Assembly: GCA_015522685.1 (NCBI GenBank)
Contig: WALU01000033.1
Location: 1 to 12,103, forward strand
Reading direction: 5' to 3'
Length of the DNA: 12,103 bases
Source of the DNA: Thermoproteota archaeon
GTDB taxonomy: Archaea > Korarchaeota > Korarchaeia > Korarchaeales > Korarchaeaceae
The notes beneath the pieces were generated by a model. That model did no database searches. It was not told the origin of the DNA and saw nothing but the letters and a program-made list of their open reading frames with translations. Position 1 is the stretch's first letter. Every line of letters starts with the position of its first letter. The position numbers were made by a program, and so were the translations under genes. Positions 7,828-12,103 of the stretch are shown in pieces.

Positions 7828-9648
7828 TCAGGAGAGAGCTTCCTTTACCATTCCTTTAGAGAGTACATCGTATATCACGAGCTCTACATTCCTTCTTCTC
7901 TCCTCATCTCTCCCTACCTCCTCCAGCACAAACCTAGCCTCCTTGTTGAGAACGAGGCTCTTTCCTGTATCAGAAATTCTTCCTATCCCCTCCCTTACAA
8001 GGATCCTTATCACCATGTTCACAGTTCCCGGACTCATTGATGGAGCTTCTACTCTCGCTCCCTTGAATACAGAATCGACACTTGCCACTATCACATTGGA
8101 GAGAGTAGGTATCCTCTTATAGGTCTTGACCCTCTTAAGCTCTCTTATAAGGCTGCTTAATATGGCTGAGGAGGCCTTCCTGAGCAGGGTGTCCCTGTCA
8201 ATGCCAGCCTCCTCAACGGATTGACTAACAGTAGAGGGAATCATGAGCTGGCTCAGGACCTCAGGCAGATCTATCTCGAAGTTTCCCCTCTCCTTTATGA
8301 ATGTTAAAGCTGCTTCTCTCTTAAGGAGATGGGTAACTCTCATGAGGCTCGGGTTAACAGGGAGAACAGCAAAGGGGCGACCTCCTCTTCTTATCTCCAC
8401 CTCTACCTCCGATAGCTCTTCAGGATCTGTGTCCGTTATTGAGAAAAGGAGTAGAGGATGCGATTCTAGGAGTCTGAGAATCTGGTCCCTGCTACTCATC
8501 CAATATTCGCCGAACTTGAACTCCACTCCTATTCTCTCCACCAATCTATCTCCTCTCCTCCCGCTGGGTGGATCGTAGGTCCATATCAGGAACTGGCCAT
8601 CTGAGATAGCCCCGTTTACTGCTAACCTCTCTTCCGAGAAGATAGCTATATAATCCAGCTTCTCCTCACCCAGCCTGACCCTGAATGGGAAGTTCCTCAT
8701 CTCCTTGCTCAGAAACTCCCTCAGCAGGGATTCTACTACTACTCCTTCCTCTACCTTGGAGGGGATCGTAGCATCCTCCCTTACGTTAGCTAAGACCTCT
8801 TCAGAGAGGTCAACCAAGTTCTTTACTATCCCTCCTATCTCCCTCGTCAGGGCCAAGTCCTTTGCAACTCTCTCCATTAGAGGGTAAAGAGCAGGAAAGA
8901 TTCTCTCTAGCAGGTAGGCGTGATTTTTGCTATAGATCATCCAGAGGGCAAGTATCTTCTTGGCAGCCTCCAGACCAGCTTTTTCCCTCTCTTCATCCGA
9001 CATAGATAACCTGAACATCCTAGAGCGTTCGAGAAGCCTATTTGCCAACGATCTATCGCTCATTAGAGTCTCTTGAGCTCTCTTAGAGAGGAGTAGGATG
9101 ACCGAGCCCTTGGCTGGGGAGCTGTAGCTTCCCTCAGTGATCAATCTGATCATATCAGCTAGATCCTCAAGCTTCCCCCTCTTACCTCTCTCCAAGTCCC
9201 TGAGAAGCTGGTCTACCTCATCCACTACCAGAACAACAGGAGCATTGATGCTCATGCCCTCAACTAGAGCATGCCTGACATCTGTTAGGGGGTCTATCGA
9301 GATGAACCTGGGTTCAGCCTCTCTTTCCTTTCTGATGGACCTGAGGAGTACTCTACCAAGCTGGGTCTTGCCGGATCCATACTCACCCACCACTCTGACT
9401 ATGGCACCCCTCCAGTCTCTATCTCGCAGGTACCTAAGGATCAGATTTAGAGTTTCCTTAAGGGGACCGATACTCACAAATAGATCCTCCATCACGCTCA
9501 AAGGAGCTTCAACAGGTCTTCTGTCTGCCCAAGATGTTAAAACTTCTCTTATGGTCGTTGGCTTATACTTCCCGAAGTTCTCCGCTAGCGACCTAACCTC
9601 CTTAAGGATGGGCCAGTACTCTGAGAATAGCTCGGTCAAAGAGACCAC
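7828..9648 (-). CDS. P-loop (AAA+-like) ATPase + PD-(D/E)xK nuclease-like + C-terminal wHTH protein, 606 aa
   Basis: Walker A VVGEYGSGKTQL (9358-9393), Walker B VLVVDEVD, sensor strand SVILLLS, Arg-finger-like DRSLANRL; nuclease-like EEGVVVESLL...AISDGQF...IGVEFK...RDQI; wHTH-like TVNMVIRILVREGIGRISDTGKSLVLN. Confidence 0.85.
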   Translation of the reverse strand: MVSLTELFSEYWPILKEVRSLAENFGKYKPTTIREVLTSWADRRPVEAPLSVMEDLFVSIGPLKETLNLILRYLRDRDWRGAIVRVVGEYGSGKTQLGRVLLRSIRKEREAEPRFISIDPLTDVRHALVEGMSINAPVVLVVDEVDQLLRDLERGKRGKLEDLADMIRLITEGSYSSPAKGSVILLLSKRAQETLMSDRSLANRLLERSRMFRLSMSDEEREKAGLEAAKKILALWMIYSKNHAYLLERIFPALYPLMERVAKDLALTREIGGIVKNLVDLSEEVLANVREDATIPSKVEEGVVVESLLREFLSKEMRNFPFRVRLGEEKLDYIAIFSEERLAVNGAISDGQFLIWTYDPPSGRRGDRLVERIGVEFKFGEYWMSSRDQILRLLESHPLLLFSITDTDPEELSEVEVEIRRGGRPFAVLPVNPSLMRVTHLLKREAALTFIKERGNFEIDLPEVLSQLMIPSTVSQSVEEAGIDRDTLLRKASSAILSSLIRELKRVKTYKRIPTLSNVIVASVDSVFKGARVEAPSMSPGTVNMVIRILVREGIGRISDTGKSLVLNKEARFVLEEVGRDEERRRNVELVIYDVLSKGMVKEALS

Positions 9649-10352
9649 CTAGCTAGAATTCTAGTTCTGGGTGGCAGAACCAGCTCACTGAAAGCCTCCC
9701 CTGTTATTCTATCCTGCCATGTAGCAAATATCTTACCTTTAGGTATTCCTGGGATTCTATCTAGGTTCTTGGCTCCGGTAATGACATCCCTGTGATTGTC
9801 GAGCGCCGGTACCGAAACTAGACCCTTTTTCCATAAGGAGACAATGATGTCTCTCACCTCGTCGCCGAATGTTCTTCTCAGGGAGGCATAAGTGACAGAT
9901 CCCTTACTTCTCATCTCCTCCAGCACTCTCTCCTCTAGGGAGAGTGTGAGCACTGGAATCCTTCTCTCCTGCAAGACACCCGCCTGCTTCAACCAGTAGA
10001 TCATTGCCCTAGCTTCTGTGGAGCTTACCTCTATCCCAAGATTGTTTAGGACTTTAGAAAGGCTTGAAGAGGTGATAGGGATCAGTTCTTCATTAAGTAG
10101 ATTTATTGCTTCCTTTAGTCTGAATTCTTTTGTTAGATAAATGACCAGGTCTGATGAGAAGCTGTCAAGCGATGTAAAGTTCTTCACGTTCTTGGTTATC
10201 CATTTAAGGGTTTTTTCATACTGTTTTATTGTTTTAGAGCTCTTTATGTTGAATTTTTCTTCTATATACTCCGGAGAGAGATTAGAAGTAAGGGAAATAG
10301 CTAGCTTGTAGAGGTTCCTCAGGGGAAGAGGATAGAACCGTGATGATCTCAT
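9636..10352 (-). CDS. Hypothetical protein, probable tandem winged-helix DNA-binding protein, 238 aa
   Basis: Three HTH/wHTH-like segments: SPEYIEEKFNIKSSKTIKQYEKTLKW; ITSSSLSKVL...SSTEARAMIYWLKQAGVL; LEERVLEEMRSKGSVTYASLRRTFGDEVRDIIVSLWKKGLVSV. Overlaps the downstream ATPase start by 13 nt. Fold assignment is by eye. Confidence 0.75.
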   Translation of the reverse strand: MRSSRFYPLPLRNLYKLAISLTSNLSPEYIEEKFNIKSSKTIKQYEKTLKWITKNVKNFTSLDSFSSDLVIYLTKEFRLKEAINLLNEELIPITSSSLSKVLNNLGIEVSSTEARAMIYWLKQAGVLQERRIPVLTLSLEERVLEEMRSKGSVTYASLRRTFGDEVRDIIVSLWKKGLVSVPALDNHRDVITGAKNLDRIPGIPKGKIFATWQDRITGEAFSELVLPPRTRILARWSL

Positions 10353-10591
10353 CTATATTCAATGGAATCTCTTGTTGAAAAAAGTTTTGATCTAATAGAC
10401 TGGATTATTAAGGGCATACATCATTGGCGAGCAGCAATCCTAAAGCTCTCAAAGTCGCTACCTCAACCCCTTTCCTTCATCTACCTTTGTGACTGGATAA
10501 TCGCCTAAGAAACTTCAACTTAGGAATCACTCTCCTTACTCGAAGTTTTCTCATATGCATTATTGCTCTCTGTATAGGGTTGTATACTAAT

Positions 10592-11514
10592 CTACATATA
10601 AAACTCTCGTCCGTCTTCATCATCTTTTCCCTCAAGTGCGCGCGATTCTTTGCAAGCCTGATCTTCGTACCATAGGCCAGGGAGGGGAAATGGAAGAAGA
10701 TAAATTAGCGATTCTATATAACAAGCTGTGGTTCCTTCAAACGATATGCATGAAGAGAAATGGTTGCTTAGAAGAGCGCTGAATAAAAATATCAGGTATG
10801 CTCCAGTTCCCATCTTTCTAAGGATATCTATCTCTCTCCCTTCTTCAGATATGAATACTTCAACCAGATAATTGAGAAGGAAGTAATAGGCCAAGGGGAG
10901 TTCTGTCAGGAGAACTATAACAGCGGACAGATAAGATGACATGAAGAAAGCAGTAATCGAGATGGATGGCATAGCTATCATATAAAAAGGCTTCCTCGCC
11001 ATCAAGATAGATGCAAAGGCAAGTAGAGAGATGATTTTCAGTAGAGGAATATTTGAAAATGACATAGCAAGAGCCCTCTCCACTAAACCTGATATATACT
11101 CAGAGAGTTTTGTTAGCTTTCAAATAAGTTAACTTCATAGACTCCTAAGCTAAAAAGGAGATACATCCAACCTCGCATCCTTTCAGTCAGAGAATCTAGC
11201 AGAATAGATCCTCCGTAATATCCTACGTAGAGAGGCATGAACAATCCTGTGATCGCGAGGGGAAGGAAGGTCAGCAAGGCTTGAAGTCATGAGGGAAGGA
11301 GCAGAAGTTTCATGAAAGTAATCGCATAAGAGCTTCCCGTAAATCTCCAATGAATATTCGAGTTAAGTTTTGTTCGGTTATGCATCCTTACAAGAAGAAA
11401 CCTCAGCGGTCTTCAAGATCCCTTAAAAGTGAGATAGGCGGTAGTTACAGATTTTAGTATGTTTAGGAGCGCGGCATATTGGGAAGGAGATAGGAATAGG
11501 ACAGTCTTATACAT
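10592..11514 (-). pseudogene. Decayed multi-pass membrane protein gene (possibly ABC-exporter permease-like); includes track ORF 10592-11083
   Basis: A frame from ATG 11514 to TAA 11113 is interrupted only by TGA at 11413-11415 and 11287-11289 and reads as hydrophobic protein (LQALLTFLPLAITGLFMPLYVGYYGGSILLDSLTERMRG). The frame of the 163-aa hydrophobic ORF opens at 11119, overlapping its end. Confidence 0.5.
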
Positions 11515-11573
11515 GAACGACCGGGTTAAGCGATGGTATTTTGATGTGGCATAATCAAAGAGCTAAAACCGAA

Positions 11574-11969
11574 TCAATTGCCTGAAAGTACGCCTTTAAG
11601 TTCCTTGACCAATTCTCTTGCGTTCTTAAGTACCTCTTCTGCTTCCTCCTTTGAGAATAAATAGGGCCTGTGATCAGCCACTTTCCTCCTCTGAAACAGA
11701 TTTAGGTAAATCTCCTTCATCTCTTTAGCCTTTCTCTCGCCTAATCTTTGCTTGAGGGTCCTATAAAGAGCGTTTGCTATCTTATCATCCTTAGTTGTCT
11801 TTATTGGAATATAGTACTCTACAAAGAGCCTGACAGCAAAATAGGAGGCCGATACTGCTTTGTTATAAGATCCGTGCTTCAAGTCTTCCTCTACTTCCCT
11901 AAGAAGAACGTAAGACTTAGTCAGTTTTGATATCCTTTCCCCCTGTCCAGTAGAACGCTTCAAGGGCAT
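11574..11969 (-). CDS. HEPN domain protein (putative RNase toxin of an MNT-HEPN-type pair)
   Basis: LREVEEDLKHGSYNKAVSASYFAV N-terminal helices, Rx4H motif RKVADH, C-terminal FSKEEAEEVLKNARELV. Start codon uncertain. Confidence 0.88.
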   Translation of the reverse strand: MPLKRSTGQGERISKLTKSYVLLREVEEDLKHGSYNKAVSASYFAVRLFVEYYIPIKTTKDDKIANALYRTLKQRLGERKAKEMKEIYLNLFQRRKVADHRPYLFSKEEAEEVLKNARELVKELKGVLSGN

Positions 11970-12102
11970 CTACCTCATCCTTACTTGCTACTAGAGGATT
12001 TATTCTATCATTGACCTCCAAAGCTAGCTCCACCACCTTCTCCATATCCTCGGAGCTATAGCGATCCAGCACCACTAGGACGTTTGACTCATATACCTCT
12101 TG
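11917..12102 (-). CDS. C-terminal part of a minimal nucleotidyltransferase (MNT)-like protein, putative antitoxin; 5'-truncated by the window edge
   Basis: Not in the track. Open frame QEVYESNVLVVLDRYSSEDMEKVVELALEVNDRINPLVASKDEVDALEAFYWTGGKDIKTD* with MNT-like strand-helix-strand pattern, overlapping the HEPN gene start. Confidence 0.65.
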   Translation of the reverse strand, partial: QEVYESNVLVVLDRYSSEDMEKVVELALEVNDRINPLVASKDEVDALEAFYWTGGKDIKTD

Positions 12103-12103
12103 A

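Noticed and set aside
809-10352. Calling the locus canonical BREX or a restriction-modification system
   Set aside because: No PglZ, PglX or other methyltransferase in the window; resemblance is limited to Walker motifs and HTH patterns judged by eye.
11287-11415. TGA read as Trp or selenocysteine
   Set aside because: TGA terminates ubiA, the permease, the binding protein and HEPN normally; the region also has a frame change, pointing to decay.
1503-11930. Antisense track ORFs (1503-1691, 2514-2798, 3511-3888, 4022-4306, 4401-4616, 4626-4826, 5384-5803, 5580-5822, 6362-6586, 6435-6710, 6918-7121, 8243-8578, 8705-8887, 9137-9652, 11748-11930) and same-strand 7431-7679
   Set aside because: They overlap well-supported genes, have Ser/Leu/Pro-biased shadow composition and no recognisable motifs.
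1-12103. CRISPR array, tRNA/rRNA gene, transposase or integrase
   Set aside because: No regularly spaced repeats, cloverleaf-like GC-rich segments or recombinase motifs were seen.

Overview
Archaeal-looking chromosomal window (AGG/AGA-rich codons, TTG/GTG starts, TATA-like boxes, T-tract terminators). A metabolic core sits in the middle: a NitT/TauT-type ABC importer (binding protein, permease, ATPase; minus strand) divergent from a ubiD-ubiA pair that resembles the futalosine-pathway menaquinone genes mqnL/mqnP. On either side, on the minus strand, lie two diverged paralogs of an unusual protein with the layout P-loop ATPase (VVGEYGSGKTQL) + PD-(D/E)xK nuclease-like domain + C-terminal winged helix. 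The 606-aa copy (7828-9648) is intact and overlaps an upstream tandem-winged-helix gene (9636-10352). The second copy (~809-2386) is shown as two ORFs in the track but is one reading frame broken by a single in-frame TAG. These three genes are the best candidate for an undescribed, BREX-ATPase-like defence or DNA-processing system. The edges carry a frameshifted archaeal AAA+ ATPase, a decayed membrane-protein gene, and a HEPN toxin preceded by a degenerate MNT-like gene missing from the ORF track. All family calls come from motif recognition by eye; no searches were run.
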